A model generated the notes under the pieces. That model worked only from the letters and a program-made list of their open reading frames with translations, did not search any database and was not told the origin of the DNA. The translations under genes were made by a program, and so were the position numbers. This document shows, in pieces, positions 1 through 8,204 of a stretch of 64,000 bases of DNA. Source of the stretch: a virus (lineage: Duplodnaviria > Caudoviricetes); IMG/VR virus record IMGVR_UViG_3300002026_000006, positions 26,342 through 90,341 of that record. The stretch is one strand, 5' to 3'. How positions within the stretch are numbered: the stretch's first letter is position 1; each line of letters begins with the position of its first letter.

Positions 1-1
1 T

Positions 2-712
2 TTTTGCCACGAATCTGCGACAACAGATGGAAAAGATGCCACGTTAGCTGATATTAGGACTGCCTTAGATTATTTTGATGATCTGCCAAGAGGCACAGAA
101 ATTGCCGTTGGCATAAACCAATTCACAGACGCTACAGAGTATTTTTTGAATTCGTGTCATGCCTCAGAATTTATTGTTAATGCTACTGTGAATCAAGGGC
201 ATGTTAGAAAGAATTTGGATGTCATACGTTGTCATATTTCAAAAGGAACTATCAACGGGTTAGGAATTTCTTATCGCGCACATGCACAAGACATTCCAGA
301 CGAATTGTTGGAATATAAAAATATGGTAGTGCATGTCATTGCTGGCATTGACTCCATTGATGAAATTAAAGAATTGGCAGCAAAAGGGGTTAAGAAACTT
401 TTGGTCCTTGGTGAAAAAGATTTTGGGTTTAATTTCGGTAAAGTTAAGTTAGTGTCAGAATCACATAGAGATTGGTACAAACGGGTTCATGAAATTTTCA
501 AGCTATTTGATGTAGTTTCATTTGACAATTTAGCTCTTGAGCAACTGAACATTAAAAGGTTTGTTAAAGATTGGGACACAATGTACCAGCATGAGTTTTC
601 TTTTTATGTCAACATAGTGGACGGAACATTTTCACCTTCATCTAGGTCTAACGATGTTGTTTCTATGATGAATATCAAAGAATATTTCCAAAATCATATC
701 TGTGTGCGATGA
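2..712 (+). CDS. Radical SAM domain protein, 5'-truncated by the window edge
   Basis: The frame of the 146..712 ORF is open back to base 2 and reads FCHESATTDGK..., the end of a CxxxCxFCH radical SAM cluster motif. The TTG start at 146 is an artefact. Confidence 0.75.
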   Translation, partial: FCHESATTDGKDATLADIRTALDYFDDLPRGTEIAVGINQFTDATEYFLNSCHASEFIVNATVNQGHVRKNLDVIRCHISKGTINGLGISYRAHAQDIPDELLEYKNMVVHVIAGIDSIDEIKELAAKGVKKLLVLGEKDFGFNFGKVKLVSESHRDWYKRVHEIFKLFDVVSFDNLALEQLNIKRFVKDWDTMYQHEFSFYVNIVDGTFSPSSRSNDVVSMMNIKEYFQNHICVR

Positions 713-727
713 ATATCATGTGAAGCA

Positions 728-736
728 TGATATAAT
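728..736 (+). promoter_or_regulatory. Extended -10 early promoter (TGaTATAAT)
   Basis: TGnTATAAT upstream of the GAGGA RBS and ATG of the RNA ligase. Confidence 0.55.
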
Positions 737-762
737 TGAGACTTCAAATAAACGAGGATTAA

Positions 763-1824
763 ATGATGATTAAATTTGGATCGATTGAGCAATTTAGGTC
801 AACGATTAAAGCAGTAGAAGCTCGCACTCGATGGGCCGGCGTTGATGAAAACGGTGATGCTATTTTTGATAGAACTCGTGTCCTACCGACATTAGCTTAC
901 AAAGGTACAGTTAAGCTGCATGGTACTAATGCAAGTTTTGTTTATGACGTTGCCACAGACACAATTTCGTATCAGTCACGTGAGCGAGTTTTGTCACTTA
1001 CGCAGGACAACGCAGGGTTTATGTTGTTCATGATGCAACACGAACCAAAACTGAAAGAAATTGCCAAAACATTTTTGGGGGGTGCGACAGTAGATAAAGT
1101 TGTTGTCTATGGTGAGTGGTGCGGTGGGTCAATTCAAAAGGGTGTCGCTATCAGCGGATTGCCAAAAATGTTTGTTATCTTTGCTTGTAAGCTTCGTGAT
1201 GGAGTCGATACAGAAGATGATGTAAGCGGTTCATGGGTTTCGGTTGAAAACTTTGTTAATAATGTTGATCACGACATTAACATCTACAACATTCACGAAT
1301 TTCAAACATTCACTCTAGATATTGACTTTGAAAATCCACACGAAGCTCAAAACAAAATGATTGCTATTACTGAACAGGTTGAAACAGAATGTCCAGTAGG
1401 AAAACATTTCGGTCGAGTTTTTGGTACATATAATTCTACGGGTGAAGGTGTCGTTTGGAAACCTGTTGATCCTACATGGTCATCACAAAAATACATGTTC
1501 AAGGTGAAGGGTTGTCTGCACAGCGCATCTAGAGTTAAAACACTTGCTGCCGTTGATGTTGATGCTATCAATTCTCTGAAAGAGTTTGTCGAGTCTACAG
1601 TAACAGAAAATCGAATGGAGCAAATGTTAGATGTAATGCAACGCGAAAAAATGCTTACGTTTGATATGAAAAACCTCGGAGAGTTTATTCGGTTGGTTTA
1701 CAATGATGTGGTTAAAGAAGAATCTGACACTATCATTGAAAATCAGTTTGATCCTAAAAAGTTGGGCGGTCCTATTGCTGATGTTGCTAGGAAATGGTAC
1801 ATTACAAAGTACAATGCGCAGTGA
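763..1824 (+). CDS. rnl2: RNA ligase, Rnl2 family
   Basis: Motif I KLHGTN (T4 Rnl2 has KIHGTN), YGEWCG, FVIFA, GEGVVW, MFKVK, plus a C-terminal helical domain. Confidence 0.85.
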   Translation: MMIKFGSIEQFRSTIKAVEARTRWAGVDENGDAIFDRTRVLPTLAYKGTVKLHGTNASFVYDVATDTISYQSRERVLSLTQDNAGFMLFMMQHEPKLKEIAKTFLGGATVDKVVVYGEWCGGSIQKGVAISGLPKMFVIFACKLRDGVDTEDDVSGSWVSVENFVNNVDHDINIYNIHEFQTFTLDIDFENPHEAQNKMIAITEQVETECPVGKHFGRVFGTYNSTGEGVVWKPVDPTWSSQKYMFKVKGCLHSASRVKTLAAVDVDAINSLKEFVESTVTENRMEQMLDVMQREKMLTFDMKNLGEFIRLVYNDVVKEESDTIIENQFDPKKLGGPIADVARKWYITKYNAQ

Positions 1825-1857
1825 GTTATACTGAAGTTTAAAAAAGTTAGTATAACT

Positions 1858-2142
1858 ATGAACAAAATTCACACCCAAAGATTTGAAGCAGCAAAGGCGC
1901 TGTTTCAAAAACTTATTGACATTCCAGACGATTATAGAATTTTTTATTGTGGCGATATCATACAAAAAAGTTCTATCAAAATAACCGACAAGACAATCTT
2001 GGTCTGGATTAATGCTAATTGTATGGAAACATGGTTTGAATATGATCCAAGTTGGGATCATGGTGTTTACTCTACAATAAAAGAGTATGAAAAGCTCGTT
2101 AGAGATTCGTTTAAAGTTGTAAAATTTATGGAGAACTGGTGA
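1858..2142 (+). CDS. Hypothetical protein
   Basis: 94-aa ORF in a tightly packed + strand gene run. Confidence 0.6.
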   Translation: MNKIHTQRFEAAKALFQKLIDIPDDYRIFYCGDIIQKSSIKITDKTILVWINANCMETWFEYDPSWDHGVYSTIKEYEKLVRDSFKVVKFMENW

Positions 2143-2354
2143 AATATAAAATTGTAGAAGTTGGTGATAAATTTCAGCTTCATTTTTTAAAAACTTACGG
2201 TGATAGCGTTAGGTGGGTTCCTCTTAGTAACATATATACCGGGATGAAAAAAGATATAAGAACATTTGATAGCGCAGAAGATGCAAGAGCATATTTGCCT
2301 ATGATGAAAATGGCCAGAACATCTTTAAAAAAATATAGACTATCTAAAATCTAA
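2139..2354 (+). CDS. Hypothetical protein
   Basis: GTGA overlap with the previous stop; GGAG RBS. Confidence 0.6.
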   Translation: MKYKIVEVGDKFQLHFLKTYGDSVRWVPLSNIYTGMKKDIRTFDSAEDARAYLPMMKMARTSLKKYRLSKI

Positions 2355-2355
2355 A

Positions 2356-2589
2356 ATGCGACCTGTGAAATTTGAACTTACTACATATAGAAAAAATCGA
2401 CGTAAATCTGTCTGGTGTATAAAAGTCCGCGGTAGTCCTAGCCAAGGGTTTTACAATTTTGCTGTTGATGATTTTCTTGACCCGCACAAAAATAAAAGAT
2501 TTTTTATCGGTGGGACAACAGCTTATAGATATTCCAACAAAACACTTGCCGAAGAAGCACTTTTATGTGCTATAATACGGTTTTGCTAA
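2356..2589 (+). CDS. Hypothetical protein
   Basis: 77-aa ORF abutting the previous gene. Confidence 0.55.
   Translation: MRPVKFELTTYRKNRRKSVWCIKVRGSPSQGFYNFAVDDFLDPHKNKRFFIGGTTAYRYSNKTLAEEALLCAIIRFC
2568..2576 (+). promoter_or_regulatory. Extended -10 early promoter (TGcTATAAT)
   Basis: TGnTATAAT about 30 nt upstream of the DNA ligase ATG. Confidence 0.5.
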
Positions 2590-2607
2590 TCAACCAAGGT
2601 ACAACAA

Positions 2608-3999
2608 ATGTCAGTTTACTCAATCATCCAAGAACTCGCTGCTACACGGTCATCGAATGACAAGAAAGCTATTTTGCAACGCGAAGTAGCTAATGAAGAT
2701 TTGAAAACATTTTTCAGACTTGCTTTGTCAAATCAAATCATGTTTTATCAAAAGAAGCCAATTTCATCAACTCACAAAGTTGTTGGTTTTAATCTTGGTG
2801 AAGCAATGCTGCGACTTGAAGAAAATATTGCTGGTAGAATGATCACAGGAAATTCTGCTCGTGCTTACATTGAAGATTTGTTTAATTGGGTATCAGTTGA
2901 AGATGAATTTGTTCTGAAACTCATCCTCCAAAAGAAATCTGGGTGCGATATTGGTGCTGCTGTCGTTAATAAAATTTGGGCTAAGTTGATTCCAGAATTT
3001 CCTTGTTTGCTTGCTACGAATTGGGATGACAAACTTGGTGAAAAGTTGTTTAAATCATCAGACATTATCTACTCACAAAAAAAGTCAGATGGTTTGCGCT
3101 GTTCAATCATCATTGACGAAGATGGAAACGTGTCAGCGTACACTCGCGCTGGTAATGAATTAAATTTGTTTGGTGTTTTTGACGGTCTAGGTCAATTTAC
3201 AAAAAGTGTTGTTATTGATGGCGAACTTCTTACTACTGACAAAACTACAGGAAAATTTAATTCTCGTCAAGTAAGCAATGGTATTTGCTCAAAAGCTATT
3301 CATGGAACAATGTCTAAAGCAGAGTCTGAACAGCTGCATATGACAGCTTGGGATATCATACCTCTTAAAGACTTTAAAGAAGAAAAATCAAACCTGCATT
3401 ACTCAACTCGTTGGTATGATTTGCAACAGTTGCTTACGAATAATAAATCTATAAATTCTATTATTTCTTTGATCGATACTAAAATTGTTAAAACGATTGA
3501 AGAAGCCCAAGAGCATTATCAACAAATGCAAGCTGCTGGTGAAGAGGGGACTGTAGTAAAATCTGCTGTTATGTTGTGGGAGTCGAGGCGGTCTAAGTTG
3601 CAGTTAAAATGCAAGTCAGAATTGATCTGTGAATTAAAAGTCACTGGATGGTTGCCAGGAAAAGGTGAGTTTGAAGGTAATCTTGGTGCGCTAACAATGT
3701 CATCTTCTGATGGTAAAGTAGTGGTCAACATTTCTGGATTTTCTGTCAAACTAAGGACTGAGATTTTTGCGAATTTGACAAATAAACCTGCGAGTTATGA
3801 CATGGTAGTGGATGGAAATTTGAAAACATTCATTGTCAATCCAGCAGATACAGATATTGATATTGGGGCAATCGTGTCAGTAAAATACAACGCAAAAATC
3901 AAAGATCGCAATTCTGATGTGTGGTCGTTGTTTTTGCCACGATTTGAATGTTCACGTATGGACAAATTGACAGCTAATTCTTTTGACGAAATCAAATGA
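2608..3999 (+). CDS. gp30: ATP-dependent DNA ligase (T4 gp30-like)
   Basis: Motif I KSDGLR, IDGELL, AWDII, EEGTVVK, KLQLK and OB-fold LFLPRF; T4-like N-terminus (ILQELAATRSSNDKKAIL). Confidence 0.93.
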   Translation: MSVYSIIQELAATRSSNDKKAILQREVANEDLKTFFRLALSNQIMFYQKKPISSTHKVVGFNLGEAMLRLEENIAGRMITGNSARAYIEDLFNWVSVEDEFVLKLILQKKSGCDIGAAVVNKIWAKLIPEFPCLLATNWDDKLGEKLFKSSDIIYSQKKSDGLRCSIIIDEDGNVSAYTRAGNELNLFGVFDGLGQFTKSVVIDGELLTTDKTTGKFNSRQVSNGICSKAIHGTMSKAESEQLHMTAWDIIPLKDFKEEKSNLHYSTRWYDLQQLLTNNKSINSIISLIDTKIVKTIEEAQEHYQQMQAAGEEGTVVKSAVMLWESRRSKLQLKCKSELICELKVTGWLPGKGEFEGNLGALTMSSSDGKVVVNISGFSVKLRTEIFANLTNKPASYDMVVDGNLKTFIVNPADTDIDIGAIVSVKYNAKIKDRNSDVWSLFLPRFECSRMDKLTANSFDEIK

Positions 4000-4433
4000 A
4001 CATTAACACTGGAAGAGCAGATGCTATCTGCGATATCGATAAAATAGAGAAAAAATATAAAGCTACTTGGGTAGGTCAGTTATCTCTTAAAACAACATCA
4101 GGTAATTGGACCACTGACAATTGCGGTGACGTTTACTATCAAGAATATCCTCTACATGATGGATTTTCAAAATATTTTGCTCTTGTTATTCAGCAAGGCG
4201 ATTTGTTTATTACATCTGGGGCTTCTGCTGTTGAAGGCATTATAACGGCAGTAGAAGCTGATGATGGCGAAATCATATACTCAAGGTACACTCACGACTA
4301 TCGATGCTCTCAAGACGATTCTGTTTTTATAGATGGTGGAAGATCGTATGTAAGAACAGGTGTTGGGTATAAACTACACCATCTAAAAATAGTTGACGGT
4401 AAGTTTGTGAAGTGTGATACAATTCAGTCTTAG
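3996..4433 (+). CDS. Conserved phage hypothetical protein (YSRxxHDY...IDGG motif)
   Basis: ATGA overlap with the ligase stop; motif IYSRYTHDYRC...FIDGGRSY recognised from phage proteins. Confidence 0.65.
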   Translation: MNINTGRADAICDIDKIEKKYKATWVGQLSLKTTSGNWTTDNCGDVYYQEYPLHDGFSKYFALVIQQGDLFITSGASAVEGIITAVEADDGEIIYSRYTHDYRCSQDDSVFIDGGRSYVRTGVGYKLHHLKIVDGKFVKCDTIQS

Positions 4434-4463
4434 GTTAAATGAAACAACAAACTTAGGACTGAA

Positions 4464-4763
4464 ATGCTTACACCACTGACCACTCAAGAACAAGCCCTCA
4501 TTGTCAAAAACGTAGTGTCTGCTTGCAAAAACATTGACCGACTCAATGGAACTGGTTATAAATTTATCAATCTTGCATGTGGGTTTATTGCTCACTACAA
4601 TCTTGGTGGTTTCAAAGATTTTTATTCAAGGTATTCTCTGAAAGCTGATATTCGTCGCCATGCTAAATCAAATATGTGGGACAATTTCAGGGTCGGTGAA
4701 CAAAATTATGAGTATTACATGACCAAAAAAGCGGTTTATAAAGCAATTCTCGAAAAACTTTAA
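4464..4763 (+). CDS. Hypothetical protein
   Basis: 99-aa ORF with AGGA RBS. Confidence 0.65.
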   Translation: MLTPLTTQEQALIVKNVVSACKNIDRLNGTGYKFINLACGFIAHYNLGGFKDFYSRYSLKADIRRHAKSNMWDNFRVGEQNYEYYMTKKAVYKAILEKL

Positions 4764-4774
4764 AAGGAAATATT

Positions 4775-5002
4775 ATGATTAAGTGGAATCAAAAAGTAAA
4801 AGATATTGTAGCTCAAAATGATCGTATGAACGATTTCTACAACACTGGTATGGTCCAAAAGGCAAGTGTGGAAGATTTTGTTGAGGATATCGTTACTATG
4901 TGTGCTCAAGTGGCAAATGATGCTGGTCTTTCTCGGATTCCTGCTAGTGAATATCCTAACTTGATCATGGAAGAATTCGGATTTTCTAAATCTAAAAAGT
5001 GA
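4775..5002 (+). CDS. Hypothetical protein
   Basis: AAGGA RBS, 75 aa. Confidence 0.65.
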   Translation: MIKWNQKVKDIVAQNDRMNDFYNTGMVQKASVEDFVEDIVTMCAQVANDAGLSRIPASEYPNLIMEEFGFSKSKK

Positions 5003-5011
5003 GAGTTAATC

Positions 5012-5302
5012 ATGGTTTCTTTTGAATTTATCGGTTGGTGTAATGAAGGCGAAGGCAATCACGATAAAATTTGGTGCAATTTTAAAGTAGAAAATACTTG
5101 GTATTGTGCTTGGGGTCGTCGTGGTGCCAAATTGTCATTCAAAAAACATCCAAGTTTCCATTCGGTGAGTAAAGTTCAACGGTCTAAGGAAAATCGATAC
5201 AAACCAGTTGATCAATTTTTGATGTTTAGTATTTTCCCCACATTTGAAGAAGATTTGGAGCAGACATTAGTTATGTCTACTCTTGCAGGTAAAGTCAAGT
5301 GA
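5012..5302 (+). CDS. WGR-domain protein
   Basis: HDKIW...WYCAWGRRGAK matches the WGR signature. Confidence 0.7.
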   Translation: MVSFEFIGWCNEGEGNHDKIWCNFKVENTWYCAWGRRGAKLSFKKHPSFHSVSKVQRSKENRYKPVDQFLMFSIFPTFEEDLEQTLVMSTLAGKVK

Positions 5303-5364
5303 ATCTGACCGATTATCAAGCCTTCTATAACGCAAGAGAAAGCATAAATTTAGATGAAATTAAT

Positions 5365-5577
5365 TTATTTTTTTGATGTGTCTACGATATCATCATAATC
5401 ATAAATTGTCAGAATTTTGTTATGCTTCAGCATATTCTTAGCAACAATATGTAAATCCAAATCAGATTTTGCGTCTTCTCTGGAATATTCAAACAATCTT
5501 ATTAAAAGAGGAATATCTAAAGTCACGGTATCTTCTTTTTTATTTGTATATTTTTCTATTAGATTAGATATATGCAT
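5365..5577 (-). CDS. Small late protein, candidate capsid-internal protein
   Basis: Antisense to its neighbours; TATAAATA late promoter at 5599-5606 and GGGG RBS upstream; motif DTVTLDIPLLIRLFEYSREDAKSDLDLH recognised from T4-like phages. Confidence 0.7.
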   Translation of the reverse strand: MHISNLIEKYTNKKEDTVTLDIPLLIRLFEYSREDAKSDLDLHIVAKNMLKHNKILTIYDYDDIVDTSKK

Positions 5578-5598
5578 ATTTTACCCCTATATTTTTAA

Positions 5599-5606
5599 TA
5601 TTTATA
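5599..5606 (-). promoter_or_regulatory. T4 late promoter TATAAATA
   Basis: Exact gp55 consensus on the minus strand, 22 nt before the ATG at 5577. Confidence 0.75.
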
Positions 5607-5619
5607 ACGGAGACTTAAC

Positions 5620-5976
5620 ATGAGTGGTGGAGAATTTAATTACTCACAATGCAGAATAACAGAAATTGCTTATGACATTGAGCAAATGTTTGAAACCGAA
5701 TATTTCAAAAGCTTAGAACCAGAGACTCAACAAGAGTTTAGGAATGGTGTTTATATACTCAAGAAGGCATTTATTTACGCTCAGAGGATCGATTGGTTAG
5801 TCTCGGGTGATGATGGTGAGGACACCTTTCATTGTCGCATAGCGGAAGATTTGGACTATCTAAATAAGAATGAAAAATGTAATGTTTGTTGTAGCAAAGT
5901 CACAAAAGAAAAATGTGACAATTGCGGAATACCTAATTTAATGAAAATAGAGGAACCAGAAAATGGAAAAAGCTGA
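5620..5976 (+). CDS. Conserved phage hypothetical protein with C-terminal CxxC...CxxC
   Basis: MSGGxFxY N-terminus, RIDWLVSGDDGE motif, CNVC/CDNC; GGAG RBS. Confidence 0.7.
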   Translation: MSGGEFNYSQCRITEIAYDIEQMFETEYFKSLEPETQQEFRNGVYILKKAFIYAQRIDWLVSGDDGEDTFHCRIAEDLDYLNKNEKCNVCCSKVTKEKCDNCGIPNLMKIEEPENGKS

Positions 5977-6127
5977 TCGGCAATATCTAACCCTAGTGTT
6001 TAAAGACCCTCCAAAAGAGTTGATTTCTGAACTAACACACAAAGAAGGCTGCGTCTTCATGTCGTGGTCACATGTACCAAATGAGCTATCTAAGCTAGTT
6101 CAACAAAATAAAAATACAGCAAAATAA
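5963..6127 (+). CDS. Hypothetical 54-aa protein (below the ORF-track cutoff)
   Basis: ATG at 5963 with GAGGA upstream, reading MEKADRQYLTLVFKDPPKEL...NTAK*; fills the gap. Confidence 0.55.
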   Translation: MEKADRQYLTLVFKDPPKELISELTHKEGCVFMSWSHVPNELSKLVQQNKNTAK

Positions 6128-6144
6128 TACGTTGTATTTTTACA

Positions 6145-6179
6145 AAAATCCGGGATAATCACAAGTTGTCTCGGATTTT
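6145..6179 (+). terminator. Hairpin, possible intrinsic terminator
   Basis: AAAATCCG...CGGATTTT inverted repeat directly after the gene run. Confidence 0.45.
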
Positions 6180-6191
6180 CAATTTAAAACA

Positions 6192-6200
6192 TGATACAAT
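6192..6200 (+). promoter_or_regulatory. Extended -10 early promoter (TGaTACAAT)
   Basis: TGnTACAAT ahead of the 6233 ORF and the RNA ligase operon. Confidence 0.5.
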
Positions 6201-6232
6201 ATAGGCTAAGTTAAACAACACACTGAAACAAA

Positions 6233-6424
6233 ATGAAACTTGCTGATCTTAATGAAACACAAAAAGACAACCTGTTTGCTACATATTACACAGAAAAAAT
6301 TTGCTTGTTTTGCAAGCAAGCTTTCGGTTCAGTATTTGTTGGTTCGTATACAACCGAAAAAGATTTGGAAAAAGATTTGAATCTTTTTGATATCACCGAA
6401 GTAACAATAATTGGAGCAAAATGA
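6233..6424 (+). CDS. Hypothetical protein
   Basis: 63 aa; stop overlaps the next ATG (ATGA). Confidence 0.55.
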   Translation: MKLADLNETQKDNLFATYYTEKICLFCKQAFGSVFVGSYTTEKDLEKDLNLFDITEVTIIGAK

Positions 6425-7455
6425 CAGAATATATTCGCAAAATGGCTTCGATCCAGATGGTCGAAGAAGTTAAATTGATACCAGAAGCAGACAAGATTTG
6501 TGCTTATGTGATTCAAGGGTACAATGTTATCGACCAAATTGGAAAATACTTGGTCGGCGATAAAGTAATTTTCGTTCAGCCAGATTCATTTGTGCCAAGC
6601 ACTCTAACACCATTTTTGACAAAGCCAGGAAAATTCCCAAAGACTTTCAATGGTGTTGAGGGTGAGAAAATTAAAACCATCAAGTTGCGTGGTGTATATT
6701 CCCAAGGTTTGATTCTACCTATTTCGGTATGTGATTTTATTGAATCTGAATTGTTTGTTGGTCTTGATGTTTCATATCCACTTGGGATTGAAAAATGGGA
6801 ACCGCCACCAGAATTTACTTCTGCTGATGCTAAAGGTCTATTTCCTGATTTTATTCGCAAGACTGACCAAGAACGGATAAACAGTTTTTTCAAAGATCAC
6901 TCACATCTGTTTGAAACAGAAACATGGATAATGGAAGAAAAATGTGAAGGTTCCTCAATCACAGTTTACTATTATCAAGGCGACTTTGGGGTGGCGTCAA
7001 GAAATTTAAGCTTACGGCGTTCTGACGAAAACACGTATTGGAAAACTGCCCTTGAGTATGATCTAGAAAATAAACTCACAGAATTGGGCAAGAATATTGC
7101 TATACAATTTGAATTGGTTGGGCCAAAAATTTCAGGGAATATCTATAAGCTAGATAAGTTTTATATGTTTGCTTTTGATGTTTTTGATATCGATAAGCAA
7201 GAATATTTAAACCCTTCTGATCGTAGGGAATTGACAAAAAAATTAGGATTGACAGATGCGCCTGTGCTACAATCGAGACTGTCGCTAAAAGGAAAGTCTC
7301 TAGAAGACATTCTAGAAATGGCCGATGGTCAATCAGTTCTAGGTACAATAGGATGTTTGCGAGAAGGTCTGGTATTCAAAGCGCATTCTGATAAGCGCAT
7401 TAGCTTTAAATCAGTTTCACGTAAATATCTAGCAAAACAAGATTCAAAGGATTAA
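6421..7455 (+). CDS. RNA ligase, DRB0094/DraRnl family (N-terminal OB module plus adenylyltransferase)
   Basis: KMASIQMVEEVKLIPEADKI N-terminus, KLRGVYSQGL, FIRKTDQERI, motif I EEKCEGSS, IQFELVG, REGLVFK, SFKSVS. Confidence 0.85.
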   Translation: MTEYIRKMASIQMVEEVKLIPEADKICAYVIQGYNVIDQIGKYLVGDKVIFVQPDSFVPSTLTPFLTKPGKFPKTFNGVEGEKIKTIKLRGVYSQGLILPISVCDFIESELFVGLDVSYPLGIEKWEPPPEFTSADAKGLFPDFIRKTDQERINSFFKDHSHLFETETWIMEEKCEGSSITVYYYQGDFGVASRNLSLRRSDENTYWKTALEYDLENKLTELGKNIAIQFELVGPKISGNIYKLDKFYMFAFDVFDIDKQEYLNPSDRRELTKKLGLTDAPVLQSRLSLKGKSLEDILEMADGQSVLGTIGCLREGLVFKAHSDKRISFKSVSRKYLAKQDSKD

Positions 7456-7457
7456 AA

Positions 7458-8060
7458 ATGACAGTATGGGTTTCAGGTGATATTCATTTCAATCACCGCA
7501 ATATCGCTAAGTATTGCCCAAATAGGCAAACTAAATCATATAAAGGTGAGCCTACAGACGAATCGATTCAAGAAATGAACGAATTGATTATTTCAAATTG
7601 GAATTCGGCGGTAGATCAAAATGATGAAGTTTATATTTTGGGTGATGTTTGCCTTGGTATCATTGCTAACAGCATCAAATATATCCCACGACTCAATGGT
7701 AAGAAGCATCTTATCAAAGGAAATCACGACAAGACTTTAGTTAAATATATACGTGAAGGCGAAAGTGTTCCTGCTGTCAATGATCTATTTGAATCGGTTC
7801 ATGATCTGTGGCAATTGCATTATCGTCACAAGGAAAAGAAGATAAAGGTGTTTATGTGCCATTACCCAATGCTACACTGGCCCTCAGACTGCGAATTTGC
7901 ACTGAATGGGCATACACACCTACCACCAGATAAATGCTTGTATAGCGAGTTTAAACAAATGGACGTTTCTTTGGATGGGAATTATTTGTTTCCACGAAAG
8001 TTAGATGACGTTTTAGGTCTACTTTCAAATAAAAAGTCTCAGGGAGATCACCACAAGTAA
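7458..8060 (+). CDS. Calcineurin-like metallophosphoesterase
   Basis: Complete motif set GDIHFNH, LGD, GNHD, CHYP, GHTH. Confidence 0.88.
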   Translation: MTVWVSGDIHFNHRNIAKYCPNRQTKSYKGEPTDESIQEMNELIISNWNSAVDQNDEVYILGDVCLGIIANSIKYIPRLNGKKHLIKGNHDKTLVKYIREGESVPAVNDLFESVHDLWQLHYRHKEKKIKVFMCHYPMLHWPSDCEFALNGHTHLPPDKCLYSEFKQMDVSLDGNYLFPRKLDDVLGLLSNKKSQGDHHK

Positions 8061-8086
8061 AATTGTGGTGTGTTATCCCAAAAACG

Positions 8087-8095
8087 TGATATAAT
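8087..8095 (+). promoter_or_regulatory. Extended -10 early promoter (TGaTATAAT)
   Basis: TGnTATAAT upstream of the small membrane peptide ORF. Confidence 0.5.
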
Positions 8096-8120
8096 TTAGT
8101 TTATGAACAAAAAGGAATTT

Positions 8121-8204
8121 ATGTACTATATTTTTCGTGATCTGCTTTTTTACGTCGTCTTAGGGATGATTGTTATGAACCTTCTTTTTATTGTGAGCCA
8201 ATGA
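8121..8204 (+). CDS. Small membrane peptide (27 aa; 33 aa if started at 8103)
   Basis: AAGGA RBS; MYYIFRDLLFYVVLGMIVMNLLFIVSQ* is one hydrophobic helix. Confidence 0.45.
   Translation: MYYIFRDLLFYVVLGMIVMNLLFIVSQ

Noticed and set aside
5299-5376. 25-codon GTG ORF after the WGR gene
   Set aside because: Very short, no RBS, overlaps the 3' end of the minus-strand gene; no supporting motif
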